A DNA stretch of 64,000 bases. Source: the human T2T-CHM13v2.0 reference genome, Homo sapiens. Positions 10,201 through 24,900 of the stretch are shown here, piece after piece (position 1 is the stretch's first letter; each line of letters begins with the position of its first letter). A program made the translations under genes and the position numbers. The notes below the pieces were generated by a model. That model saw only the letters and a list, made by a program, of their open reading frames with translations, was not told where the DNA came from and did not search any database. The stretch lies in NCBI RefSeq assembly GCF_009914755.1, contig NC_060946.1, one strand, 5' to 3'.

Positions 10201-12934
10201 CAGAAAGAGTGTTTCCAAACTGCTCAATCAAAAGAAAGTGTTTAACTCTGTGAGGTGAAAGCACACATCTCAAAGAAGTTTCTCCGAAAGCTTCGGTCTA
10301 GTTTTCATGTGATGATATTTCCAGTCTCACCATAGGCCTCAAAGGGCTAAGAAATATCCCTTTCCAGATTCTAAAAGACCACCATTTCCATACTTCTCAA
10401 TCAAAAGAAAGGTTAAATTCTGTGAGGTTAATGCACACATCAGAATGAAGTTTCTCAGAATTCTCCTGTCTAGTTTTCATGTGAAGATATTTACTATTTC
10501 ACTATAGGCTTCAAATGTCTCAAAAATATCCCTTTGCAGATTCTACAAAAATATGCTTTCCAAAGTGCTGAATTAAAAGAAACCTTGAACTCTGTCAGAT
10601 GAATGGAGACATCACGAAGAAGTTCCTCAGAATGCTTCTGTCTAGTTTAAATGTGAAGACAATTCTTTTTCACCATAGACCTCAAAGGGCTCAGAGTTAG
10701 ACCTTTGCAGATTGCAGAGAAAGACTGTCTCTAAACTGCTCAAATAAAATAGAGTTTCAACACGGTGAGATGAACGCACACATCACAAAGAAGTTCCTCA
10801 GAAGGCTTCTGTCTGGTTTTAATGTGAAGATATTTCCTTTTTCACCATAGGCCTTACACCGCTCACGAATATCCTTCTGCAGATACTATAAAAAGACTGT
10901 TTCCAAACTGCTCCATCAAAAGAAAATTTCACCTATCTGAGATGAATGCACACATCATACAGAAGTTCCTCAGAATTCTTCTGTCTAGTTTTTATGTGAA
11001 GATGTTTCCATTTTCACCTTAGGCCACAAAGCGCCCCAAACATCCGTTTGCAGATGATACGAAAAGACTGTTTCCAAACTGCTCAATCAAGAGAAATTTT
11101 CAACTCTGTGAGATGAAAGCACACATCACAAAAAAGTTTCTCAGAAATCTTCTGTCTCGCTTTTATCTCAAGATGATTCCTATTTTGCCATAGGAATCAA
11201 GGGGCTCACATATACCCCTTTGCAGATTCTACAAATGTTCTCCTTACAAACTTCTCAATCAAGAGAAACGTTCAACATTGTGAGATGAATGAACACATCC
11301 CAAAGACGTTTCTCAGGTTGCTTCTGTCTGGTTGCTATGTGAAGATGTTTCCTTTTTCACCATAGTCTTTAAGCCCCTCAAAAATATCTGTCTGCAGACT
11401 CTACCAAAAGACTGTTTCCAAACTGGCCCATATAGCATGTTTCAACTATGTGAAATGAATGCACTCATCAAAAAGAAGTTTCTCAGGATTCTCCTGTCTA
11501 GTTTTTATGTGAAGATATTTCCTTTTTCACCGTAGGCCACAAATTGCTCCAAATATCCATTTGCAGATTCTACAAAAAGAATGTTCCCAAACTGGTCAAT
11601 CAACAGAAAGGCGCAACTCTGTGAGACGAAAGCACACATCACAAAGAAGTTTCTCGGAAAGCCTCTGTCTGCATTTTATGTGAAGGTATTTCCTTTGGCA
11701 CCATAGGCCTAAAACCGCTCGCAAATATCACTCCACTTATACTACCAAGAGACTTTCTCCAAATTGCTAAATCTAAAGAAAGGTTCAACTCTGTGAGATG
11801 AATACACACATCAAAAAGAAGTTTCTCAAAATGCTTCTGTCTAGTTTTCATGGGAAGATATTTATTTTTCACCGTTGGCCCCAAACCGCTCCGAAATATC
11901 CCTTTGCAGTTTGTAGAAAAAGACTGCTTCCAAACTGCTCAATGAAAGGAAATGGTCAACTATTAGAGATGAATGGAAATGTCACAAAGAGTTTTCTCAA
12001 AAAGCTACTGTGTCGTTTTTATGTGAAGACATTGCCTTTGGCACCCTAGGCCTTAAAACTCTCTCAATACACATTCACAGATTCTACAAAAAGACTGATT
12101 CCAAACTGCTCAATCAGAAGAAGGGTTCAATTCCGTGTGACAAACGTGCACATCACCAAGGAATTTGTCAGAAAGCTTCTGTCTACTTTTTATGTGAAGA
12201 TATTTCATATTTCAACAAAGGCCATAAAGGGCTCACAAATATCCCTTCGCAGATTCTAAGAAAAGACGTTTTCCAAACTCCTCAATCAAAAGAAAGTTTT
12301 AACTCTGTGAGATGAATGGACACATCACGAAGAAGTTTCTCAGAAGGCTTCTGTCTAGTTTTTCTGTGAAGATATTTCTTTTTCACCATAGGCCTCAAGC
12401 AGCTAAGAGATTTCCCTCTGCAGCTTCTACCAAAGACTGTTTCCAAACTGCTCAACTGAAAGAAAGGTTGAATTCTGTGACATGAATTCACACATCACAA
12501 AGAGGTTTTTCAGAAATCTTCTGTCTGGTTTTTAGGTGGCGATACTTCCTTTTTCAGCACGGGCCACAAATATCTCCAAATATCCATTTGCAGATTCTAC
12601 AGAAAGACTTTCCGAACTGCTCAATCAAAAGAAAGGTTCAACACTGTGAGATGAAGGCACACATCACCAAGAAGTTTCTCAGAAACCTTCTGTCTAGTTT
12701 TTAGGTGAAGATACTTCGTATTTCACCACAGGCCATAAAGGGCTCACAAATATCCCTTTGCAGGTTCTACAAAAAGACTGTTTCCAAACTGCTCAATCAA
12801 AGGAGAGGTTCAACTCTGTGACGTGAATGGACACATCACAAACAATTTCTTGGAATGCTTCCGTCTAGTTTTTATGGGAAGATATTTCTCTTTCACCATA
12901 AGCCTCAAACGGATCAGAATTCTCCCTTTGCAGA

Positions 12935-15900
12935 TTGTACGATAAGCCTCTTTCCAATCTGCTCAATCAAAAGAAAGTTTCCACTCGGTGAGGTGAATGC
13001 ACACATCGCAAGGGAGTTTCTCAGAAAGCTTCTGTTTAGTTTTTACGTGAAGATATTTCGTTTTTCACCACAGGCCTCAAAAGCTCTCCAAATATCCATT
13101 TGCAGATTCTAGAAAAAGAGTGTTTCCAAACTCCTCAATCAAAGGATAGTTTCAATTCTGTGAGATGAAAGCACACATCACAACGAAGTTTCTTAGAAAG
13201 CTTCTGTGTAGTTTTTATGTGAAGATACTTCACATTGCATCACAGTACTCAATGGGCTCAGAAATATCCCCTTGCAGATCCTACAAAAGGACTGTTTCAA
13301 AACTGCTCAATCCAAAGAAAGTTTCAACTATGTGAGATGAATGTGCACGTCACGAAGACGTTCCTCAGAATGCTTCTGTCTTGTTTACATGTGAAGAAGA
13401 TTCCTATTTCACCGTAGGCAATAAAGGGCTCACAAATATTTTTTGCAGATTCTCCAAAAAGACTGTATCCAAACTGCTCAATAAAAAGAAAGTTTTAACT
13501 CTGTTACATTAATGGACACATCAACAAGTAGTTTCTCAGAAAACTTCTGTGTAGTTTTTATGTGAAGATACTTCCTTTGTCACCATTGGCCTCAAAGCAC
13601 TCCTAATATCCATTTACAGATGTCACAGAAAGAGTGTTTCCAAACTGCTCAATCAAAAGAAAGTGTTTTACTCTGTGAGGTGAAAGCACACATCTCAAAG
13701 AAGTTTCTCCGAAAGCTTCGGTCTAGTTTTCATGTGATGATATTTCCAGTCTCACCATAGGCCTCAAAGGGCTAAGAAATATCCCTTTCCAGATTCTAAA
13801 AGACCACCATTTCCATACTTCTCAATCAAAAGAAAGGTTAAATTCTGTGAGGTTAATGCACACATCAGAATGAAGTTTCTCAGAATTCTCCTGTCTAGTT
13901 TTCACGTGAAGATATTTACTATTTCACTATAGGCTTCAAATGTCTCAAAAATATCCCTTTGCAGATTCTACAAAAATATGCTTTCCAAAGTGCTGAATTA
14001 AAAGAAACCTTCAACTCTGTCAGATGAATGGAGACATCACGAAGAAGTTCCTCAGAATGCTTCTGTCTAGTTTAAATGTGAAGACATTTCTTTTTCACCA
14101 TAGACCTCAAAGGGCTCAGAGTTAGACCTTTGCAGATTGCAGAGAAAGACTGTCTCTAAACTGCTCAAATAAAATAAAGTTTCAACACGGCGAGATGAAC
14201 GCACACATCACAAAGAAGTTCCTCAGAAGGCTTCTGTCTGGTTTTAATGTGAAGATATTTCCTTTTTCACCATAGGCCTTACACCGCTCACGAATATCCT
14301 TCTGCAGATACTATAAAAAGACTGTTTCCAAACTGCTCCATCAAAAGAAAATTTCACCTATCTGAGATGAATGCACACATCATACAGAAGTTCCTCAGAA
14401 TTCTTCTGTCTAGTTTTTATGTGAAGATGTTTCCATTTTCACCTTAGGCCACAAAGCGCCCCAAACATCCGTTTGCAGATGATACGAAAAGACTGTTTCC
14501 AAACTGCTCAATCAAGAGAAATTTTCAACTCTGTGAGATGAAAGCACACATCACAAAAAAGTTTCTCAGAAATCTTCTGTCTCGCTTTTATCTCAAGATG
14601 ATTCCTATTTTGCCATAGGAATCAAGGGGCTCACATATACCCCTTTGCAGATTCTACAAATGTTCTCCTTACAAACTTCTCAATCAAGAGAAACGTTCAA
14701 CATTGTGAGATGAATGAACACATCCCAAAGACGTTTCTCAGGTTGCTTCTGACAGGTTGCTATGTGAAGATGTTTCCTTTTTCACCATAGTCTTTAAGCC
14801 CCTCAAAAATATCTGTCTGCAGACTCTACCAAAAGACTGTTTCCAAACTGGCCCATATAGCATGTTTCAACTATGTGAAATGAATGCACTCATCAAAAAG
14901 AAGTTTCTCAGGATTCTCCTGTCTAGATTTTATGTGAAGATATTTCCTTTTTCACCGTAGGCCACAAATTGCTCCAAATATCCATTTGCAGATTCTACAA
15001 AAAGAATGTTCCCAAACTGGTCAATCAAAAGAAAGGCGCAACTCTGTGAGACGAAAGCACACATCACAAAGAAGTTTCTCGGAAAGCCTCTGTCTGCATT
15101 TTATGTGAAAGTATTTCCTTTGGCACCATAGGCCTTAAACCGCTCGCAAATATAACTCCACTTATACTACCAAGAGACTTTCTCCAAATTGCTAAATCAA
15201 AAGAAAGGTTCAACTCTGTGAGATGAATACACACATCAAAAAGAAGTTTCTCAAAATGCTTCTGTCTAGTTTTCATGGGAAGATATTTATTTTTCACCGT
15301 TGGCCCCAAACCGCTCAGAAATATCCCTTTGCAGTTTGTAGAAAAAGACTGCTTCCAAACTGCTCAATGAAAGGAAATGGTCAACTAATAGAGATGAATG
15401 GAAATGTCACAAAGAGTTTTCTCAAAAAGCTACTGTGTCGTTTTTATGTGAAGACATTGCCTTTGGCACCCTAGGCCTTAAAACTCTCTCAATACACATT
15501 CACAGATTCTACAAAAAGACTGATTCCAAACTGCTCAATCAGAAGAAGGGTTCAATTCCGTGTGACAAACGTGCACATCACCAAGGAATTTGTCAGAAAG
15601 CTTCTGTCTACTTTTTATGTGAAGATATTTCATATTTCAACAAAGGCCATAAAGGGCTCACAAATAACCCTTCGCAGATTCTAAGAAAAGACGTTTTCCA
15701 AACTCCTCAATCAAAAGAAAGGTTTAACTCTGTGTGATGAATGGACACATCATGAAGAAGTTTCTCAGAAAGCTTCTGTCTAGTTTTTCTGTGAAGATAT
15801 TTCTTTTTCACCATAGGCCTCAAGCAGCTAAGAAATTTCCCTCTGCAGCTTCTACCAAAGACTGTTTCCAAACTGCTCAACTGAAAGAAAGGTTGAATTC

Positions 15901-18900
15901 TGTGACATGAATTCACACATCACAAAGAGGTTTTTCAGAAATCTTCTGTCTGGTTTTTAGGTGACGATACTTCCTTTTTCAGCACGGGCCTCAAATATCT
16001 CCAAATATCCATTTGCAGATTCTACAGAGAGACTTTCCAAACTGCTCAATCAAAAGAAAGGTTCAACACTGTGAGATGAAGGCACACATCACCAAGAAGT
16101 TTCTCAGAAACCTTCTGTCTAGTTTTTAGGTGAAGATACTTCGTATTTCACCACAGGCCATAAAGGGCTCACAAATATCCCTTTGCAGGTTCTACAAAAA
16201 GACTGTTTCCAAACTGCTCAATCAAAGGAGAGGTTCAACTCTGTGACGTGAATGGACACATCACAAACAATTTCTTGGAATGCTTCCGTCTAGTTTTTAT
16301 GGGAAGATATTTCTCTTTCACCATAAGCCTCAAACGGATCAGAATTCTCCCTTTGCAGATTGTACGATAAGCCTCTTTCCAATCTGCTCAATCAAAAGAA
16401 AGTTTCCACTCGGTGAGGTGAACGCACACATCGCAAGGGAGTTTCTCAGAAAGCTTCTGTTTAGTTTTTACGTGAAGATATTTCGTTTTTCACCACGGGC
16501 CTCAAAAGCTCTCCAAATATCCATTTGCAGATTCTAGAAAAAGAGTGTTTCCAAACTCCTCAATCAAAGGATAGTTTCAATTCTGTGAGATGAAAGCACA
16601 CATCACAACGAAGTTTCTTAGAAAGCTTCTGTGTAGTTTTTATGTGAAGATACTTCACATTGCATCACAGTACTCAATGGGCTCAGAAATATCCCCTTGC
16701 AGATCCTACAAAAGGACTGTTTCAAAACTGCTCAATCCAAAGAAAGTTTCAACTATGTGAGATGAATGCGCACGTCACGAAGACGTTCCTCAGAATGCTT
16801 CTGTCTTGTTTACATGTGAAGAAGATTCCTATTTCACCATAGGCAATAAAGGGCTCACAAATATTTTTTGCAGATTCTCCAAAAAGACTGTATCCAAACT
16901 GCTCAATAAAAAGAAAGTTTTAACTCTGTTACATTAATGGACACATCAACAAGTAGTTTCTCAGAAAACTTCTGTGTAGTTTTTATGTGAAGATACTTCC
17001 TTTGTCACCATTGGCCTCAAAGCACTCCTAATATCCATTTACAGATGTCACAGAAAGAGTGTTTCCAAACTGCTCAATCAAAAGAAAGTGTTTTACTCTG
17101 TGAGGTGAAAGCACACATCTCAAAGAAGTTTCTCCGAAAGCTTCGGTCTAGTTTTCATGTGATGATATTTCCAGTCTCACCATAGGCCTCAAAGGGCTAA
17201 GAAATATCCCTTTCCAGATTCTAAAAGACCACCATTTCCATACTTCTCAATCAAAAGAAAGGTTAAATTCTGTGAGGTTAATGCACACATCAGAATGAAG
17301 TTTCTCAGAATTCTCCTGTCTAGTTTTCACGTGAAGATATTTACTATTTCACTATAGGCTTCAAATGTCTCAAAAATATCCCTTTGCAGATTCTACAAAA
17401 ATATGCTTTCCAAAGTGCTGAATTAAAAGAAACCTTCAACTCTGTCAGATGAATGGAGACATCACGAAGAAGTTCCTCAGAATGCTTCTGTCTAGTTTAA
17501 ATGTGAAGACATTTCTTTTTCACCATAGACCTCAAAGGGCTCAGAGTTAGACCTTTGCAGATTGCAGAGAAAGACTGTCTCTAAACTGCTCAAATAAAAT
17601 AAAGTTTCAACACGGCGAGATGAACGCACACATCACAAAGAAGTTCCTCAGAAGGCTTCTGTCTGGTTTTAATGTGAAGATATTTCCTTTTTCACCATAG
17701 GCCTTACACCGCTCACGAATATCCTTCTGCAGATACTATAAAAAGACTGTTTCCAAACTGCTCCATCAAAAGAAAATTTCACCTATCTGAGATGAATGCA
17801 CACATCATACAGAAGTTCCTCAGAATTCTTCTGTCTAGTTTTTATGTGAAGATGTTTCCATTTTCACCTTAGGCCACAAAGCGCCCCAAACATCCGTTTG
17901 CAGATGATACGAAAAGACTGTTTCCAAACTGCTCAATCAAGAGAAATTTTCAACTCTGTGAGATGAAAGCACACATCACAAAGAAGTTTCTCAGAAATCT
18001 TCTGTCTCGCTTTTATCTCAAGATGATTCCTATTTTGCCATAGGAATCAAGGGGCTCACATACACCCCTTTGCAGATTCTACAAATGTTCTCTTTACAAA
18101 CTTCTCAATCAAGAGAAACGTTCAACATTGTGAGATGAATGAACACATCCCAAAGACGTTTCTCAGGTTGCTTCTGTCTGGTTGCTATGTGAAGATGTTT
18201 CCTTTTTCACCATAGTCTTTAAGCCCCTCAAAAATATCTGTCTGCAGACTCTACCAAAAGACTGTTTCCAAACTGGCCCATATAGCATGTTTCAACTATG
18301 TGAAATGAATGCACTCATCAAAAAGAAGTTTCTCAGGATTCTCCTGTCTAGTTTTTATGTGAAGATATTTCCTTTTTCACCGTAGGCCACAAATTGCTCC
18401 AAATATCCATTTGCAGATTCTACAAAAAGAATGTTCCCAAACTGGTCAATCAAAAGAAAGGCGCAACTCTGTGAGACGAAAGCACACATCACAAAGAAGT
18501 TTCTCGGAAAGCCTCTGTCTGCATTTTATGTGAAGGTATTTCCTTTGGCACCATAGGCCTTAAACCGCTCGCAAATATAACTCCACTTATACTACCAAGA
18601 GACTTTCTCCAAATTGCTAAATCAAAAGAAAGGTTCAACTCTGTGAGATGAATACACACATCAAAAAGAAGTTTCTCAAAATGCTTCTGTCTAGTTTTCA
18701 TGGGAAGATATTTATTTTTCACCGTTGGCCCCAAACCGCTCAGAAATATCCCTTTGCAGTTTGTAGAAAAAGACTGCTTCCAAACTGCTCAATGAAAGGA
18801 AATGGTCAACTATTAGAGATGAATGGAAATGTCACAAAGAGTTTTCTCAAAAAGCTACTGTGTCGTTTTTATGTGAAGACATTGCCTTTGGCACCCTAGG

Positions 18901-21900
18901 CCTTAAAACTCTCTCAATACACATTCACAGATTCTACAAAAAGACTGATTCCAAACTGCTCAATCAGAAGAAGGGTTCAATTCCGTGTGACAAACGTGCA
19001 CATCACCAAGGAATTTGTCAGAAAGCTTCTGTCTACTTTTTATGTGAAGATATTTCATATTTCAACAAAGGCCATAAAGGGCTCACAAATATCCCTTCGC
19101 AGATTCTAAGAAAAGACGTTTTCCAAACTCCTCAATCAAAAGAAAGGTTTAACTCTGTGTGATGAATGGACACATCATGAAGAAGTTTCTCAGAAAGCTT
19201 CTGTCTAGTTTTTCTGTGAAGATATTTCTTTTTCACCATAGGCCTCAAGCAGCTAAGAAATTTCCCTCTGCAGCTTCTACCAAAGACTGTTTCCAAACTG
19301 CTCAACTGAAAGAAAGGTTGAATTCTGTGACATGAATTCACACATCACAAAGAGGTTTTTCAGAAATCTTCTGTCTGGTTTTTAGGTGACGATACTTCCT
19401 TTTTCAGCACGGGCCTCAAATATCTCCAAATATCCATTTGCAGATTCTTCAGAGAGACTTTCCAAACTGCTCAATCAAAAGAAAGGTTCAACACTGTGAG
19501 ATGAAGGCACACATCACCAAGAAGTTTCTCAGAAACCTTCTGTCTAGTTTTTAGGTGAAGATACTTCGTATTTCACCACAGGCCATAAAGGGCTCACAAA
19601 TATCCCTTTGCAGGTTCTACAAAAAGACTGTTTCCAAACTGCTCAATCAAAGGAGAGGTTCAACTCTGTGACGTGAATGGACACATCACAAACAATTTCT
19701 TGGAATGCTTCCGTCTAGTTTTTATGGGAAGATATTTCTCTTTCACCATAAGCCTCAAACGGATCAGAATTCTCCCTTTGCAGATTGTACGATAAGCCTC
19801 TTTCCAATCTGCTCAATCAAAAGAAAGTTTCCACTCGGTGAGGTGAACGCACACATCGCAAGGGAGTTTCTCAGAAAGCTTCTGTTTAGTTTTTACGTGA
19901 AGATATTTCGTTTTTCACCACGGGCCTCAAAAGCTCTCCAAATATCCATTTGCAGATTCTAGAAAAAGAGTGTTTCCAAACTCCTCAATCAAAGGATAGT
20001 TTCAATTCTGTGAGATGAAAGCACACATCACAACGAAGTTTCTTAGAAAGCTTCTGTGTAGTTTTTATGTGAAGATACTTCACATTGCATCACAGTACTC
20101 AATGGGCTCAGAAATATCCCCTTGCAGATCCTACAAAAGGACTGTTTCAAAACTGCTCAATCCAAAGAAAGTTTCAACTATGTGAGATGAATGCGCACGT
20201 CACGAAGACGTTCCTCAGAATGCTTCTGTCTTGTTTACATGTGAAGAAGATTCCTATTTCACCATAGGCAATAAAGGGCTCACAAATATTTTTTGCAGAT
20301 TCTCCAAAAAGACTGTATCCAAACTGCTCAATAAAAAGAAAGTTTTAACTCTGTTACATTAATGGACACATCAACAAGTAGTTTCTCAGAAAACTTCTGT
20401 GTAGTTTTTATGTGAAGATACTTCCTTTGTCACCATTGGCCTCAAAGCACTCCTAATATCCATTTACAGATGTCACAGAAAGAGTGTTTCCAAACTGCTC
20501 AATCAAAAGAAAGTGTTTTACTCTGTGAGGTGAAAGCACACATCTCAAAGAAGTTTCTCCGAAAGCTTCGGTCTAGTTTTCATGTGATGATATTTCCAGT
20601 CTCACCATAGGCCTCAAAGGGCTAAGAAATATCCCTTTCCAGATTCTAAAAGACCACCATTTCCATACTTCTCAATCAAAAGAAAGGTTAAATTCTGTGA
20701 GGTTAATGCACACATCAGAATGAAGTTTCTCAGAATTCTCCTGTCTAGTTTTCACGTGAAGATATTTACTATTTCACTATAGGCTTCAAATGTCTCAAAA
20801 ATATCCCTTTGCAGATTCTACAAAAATATGCTTTCCAAAGTGCTGAATTAAAAGAAACCTTCAACTCTGTCAGATGAATGGAGACATCACGAAGAAGTTC
20901 CTCAGAATGCTTCTGTCTAGTTTAAATGTGAAGACATTTCTTTTTCACCATAGACCTCAAAGGGCTCAGAGTTAGACCTTTGCAGATTGCAGAGAAAGAC
21001 TGTCTCTAAACTGCTCAAATAAAATAAAGTTTCAACACGGCGAGATGAACGCACACATCACAAAGAAGTTCCTCAGAAGGCTTCTGTCTGGTTTTAATGT
21101 GAAGATATTTCCTTTTTCACCATAGGCCTTACACCGCTCACGAATATCCTTCTGCAGATACTATAAAAAGACTGTTTCCAAACTGCTCCATCAAAAGAAA
21201 ATTTCACCTATCTGAGATGAATGCACACATCATACAGAAGTTCCTCAGAATTCTTCTGTCTAGTTTTTATGTGAAGATGTTTCCATTTTCACCTTAGGCC
21301 ACAAAGCGCCCCAAACATCCGTTTGCAGATGATACGAAAAGACTGTTTCCAAACTGCTCAATCAAGAGAAATTTTCAACTCTGTGAGATGAAAGCACACA
21401 TCACAAAAAAGTTTCTCAGAAATCTTCTGTCTCGTTTTTATCTCAAGATGATTCCTATTTTGCCATAGGAATCAAGGGGCTCACATATACCCCTTTGCAG
21501 ATTCTACAAATGTTCTCTTTACAAACTTCTCAATCAAGAGAAACGTTCAACATTGTGAGATGAATGAACACATCCCAAAGACGTTTCTCAGGTTGCTTCT
21601 GTCTGGTTGCTATGTGAAGATGTTTCCTTTTTCACCATAGTCTTTAAGCCCCTCAAAAATATCTGTCTGCAGACTCTACCAAAAGACTGTTTCCAAACTG
21701 GCCCATATAGCATGTTTCAACTATGTGAAATGAATGCACTCATCAAAAAGAAGTTTCTCAGGATTCTCCTGTCTAGTTTTTATGTGAAGATATTTCCTTT
21801 TTCACCGTAGGCCACAAATTGCTCCAAATATCCATTTGCAGATTCTACAAAAAGAATGTTCCCAAACTGGTCAATCAAAAGAAAGGCGCAACTCTGTGAG

Positions 21901-24900
21901 ACGAAAGCACACATCACAAAGAAGTTTCTCGGAAAGCCTCTTTCTGCATTTTATGTGAAGGTATTTCCTTTGGCACCATAGGCCTTAAACCGCTCGCAAA
22001 TATAACTCCACTTATACTACCAAGAGACTTTCTCCAAATTGCTAAATGAAAAGAAAGGTTCAACTCTGTGAGATGAATACACACATCAAAAAGAATTTTC
22101 TCAAAATGCTTCTGTCTAGTTTTCATGGGAAGATATTTATTTTTCACCGTTGGCCCCAAACCGCTCAGAAATATCCCTTTGCAGTTTGTAGAAAAAGACT
22201 GCTTCCAAACTGCTCAATGAAAGGAAATGGTCAACTATTAGAGATGAATGGAAATGTCACAAAGAGTTTTCTCAAAAAGCTACTGTGTCGTTTTTATGTG
22301 AAGACATTGCCTTTGGCACCCTAGGCCTTAAAACTCTCTCAATACACATTCACAGATTCTACAAAAAGACTGATTCCAAACTGCTCAATCAGAAGAAGGG
22401 TTCAATTCCGTGTGACAAACGTGCACATCACCAAGGAATTTGTCAGAAAGCTTCTGTCTACTTTTTATGTGAAGATATTTCATATTTCAACAAAGGCCAT
22501 AAAGGGCTCACAAATATCCCTTCGCAGATTCTAAGAAAAGACGTTTTCCAAACTCCTCAATCAAAAGAAAGGTTTAACTCTGTGTGATGAATGGACACAT
22601 CATGAAGAAGTTTCTCAGAAAGCTTCTGTCTAGTTTTTCTGTGAAGATATTTCTTTTTCACCATAGGCCTCAAGCAGCTAAGAAATTTCCCTCTGCAGCT
22701 TCTACCAAAGACTGTTTCCAAACTGCTCAACTGAAAGAAAGGTTGAATTCTGTGACATGAATTCACACATGACAAAGAGGTTTTTCAGAAATCTTCTGTC
22801 TGGTTTTTAGGTGACGATACTTCCTTTTTCAGCACGGGCCTCAAATATCTCCAAATATCCATTTGCAGATTCTACAGAGAGACTTTCCAAACTGCTCAAT
22901 CAAAAGAAAGGTTCAACACTGTGAGATGAAGGCACACATCACCAAGAAGTTTCTCAGAAACCTTCTGTCTAGTTTTTAGGTGAAGATACTTCGTATTTCA
23001 CCACAGGCCATAAAGGGCTCACAAATATCCCTTTGCAGGTTCTACAAAAAGACTGTTTCCAAACTGCTCAATCAAAGGAGAGGTTCAACTCTGTGACGTG
23101 AATGGACACATCACAAACAATTTCTTGGAATGCTTCCGTCTAGTTTTTATGGGAAGATATTTCTCTTTCACCATAAGCCTCAAACGGATCAGAATTCTCC
23201 CTTTGCAGATTGTACGATAAGCCTCTTTCCAATCTGCTCAATCAAAAGAAAGTTTCCACTCGGTGAGGTGAACGCACACATCGCAAGGGAGTTTCTCAGA
23301 AAGCTTCTGTTTAGTTTTTACGTGAAGATATTTCGTTTTTCACCACGGGCCTCAAAAGCTCTCCAAATATCCATTTGCAGATTCTAGAAAAAGAGTGTTT
23401 CCAAACTCCTCAATCAAAGGATAGTTTCAATTCTGTGAGATGAAAGCACACATCACAACGAAGTTTCTTAGAAAGCTTCTGTGTAGTTTTTATGTGAAGA
23501 TACTTCACATTGCATCACAGTACTCAATGGGCTCAGAAATATCCCCTTGCAGATCCTACAAAAGGACTGTTTCAAAACTGCTCAATCCAAAGAAAGTTTC
23601 AACTATGTGAGATGAATGCGCACGTCACGAAGACGTTCCTCAGAATGCTTCTGTCTTGTTTACATGTGAAGAAGATTCCTATTTCACCATAGGCAATAAA
23701 GGGCTCACAAATATTTTTTGCAGATTCTCCAAAAAGACTGTATCCAAACTGCTCAATAAAAAGAAAGTTTTAACTCTGTTACATTAATGGACACATCAAC
23801 AAGTAGTTTCTCAGAAAACTTCTGTGTAGTTTTTATGTGAAGATACTTCCTTTGTCACCATTGGCCTCAAAGCACTCCTAATATCCATTTACAGATGTCA
23901 CAGAAAGAGTGTTTCCAAACTGCTCAATCAAAAGAAAGTGTTTTACTCTGTGAGGTGAAAGCACACATCTCAAAGAAGTTTCTCCGAAAGCTTCGGTCTA
24001 GTTTTCATGTGATGATATTTCCAGTCTCACCATACGCCTCAAAGGGCTAAGAAATATCCCTTTCCAGATTCTAAAAGACCACCATTTCCATACTTCTCAA
24101 TCAAAAGAAAGGTTAAATTCTGTGAGGTTAATGCACACATCAGAATGAAGTTTCTCAGAATTCTCCTGTCTAGTTTTCACGTGAAGATATTTACTATTTC
24201 ACTATAGGCTTCAAATGTCTCAAAAATATCCCTTTGCAGATTCTACAAAAATATGCTTTCCAAAGTGCTGAATTAAAAGAAACCTTCAACTCTGTCAGAT
24301 GAATGGAGACATCACGAAGAAGTTCCTCAGAATGCTTCTGTCTAGTTTAAATGTGAAGACATTTCTTTTTCACCATAGACCTCAAAGGGCTCAGAGTTAG
24401 ACCTTTGCAGATTGCAGAGAAAGACTGTCTCTAAACTGCTCAAATAAAATAAAGTTTCAACACGGCGAGATGAACGCACACATCACAAAGAAGTTCCTCA
24501 GAAGGCTTCTGTCTGGTTTTAATGTGAAGATATTTCCTTTTTCACCATAGGCCTTACACCGCTCACGAATATCCTTCTGCAGATACTATAAAAAGACTGT
24601 TTCCAAACTGCTCCATCAAAAGAAAATTTCACCTATCTGAGATGAATGCACACATCATACAGAAGTTCCTCAGAATTCTTCTGTCTAGTTTTTATGTGAA
24701 GATGTTTCCATTTTCACCTTAGGCCACAAAGCGCCCCAAACATCCGTTTGCAGATGATACGAAAAGACTGTTTCCAAACTGCTCAATCAAGAGAAATTTT
24801 CAACTCTGTGAGATGAAAGCACACATCACAAAGAAGTTTCTCAGAAATCTTCTGTCTCGCTTTTATCTCAAGATGATTCCTATTTTGCCATAGGAATCAA

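Larger units (their letters stand above)
1..12604 (-). repeat. Left flanking HOR haplotype block (copies 1-3 and the first two-thirds of copy 4)
   Basis: Shared alleles: aaccttGaact, cacggTgag, ttttcaTgtg, ctgtgAgatgaatggacacatcaCg and acagaAagact. Copies 1-3 also share cagaAtgtacg, cacaAcgcaagg, aatccCaag, gTGagattctccaaaaaTactg, gaagatTcAtcc and acagGtgtc. Confidence 0.85.
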
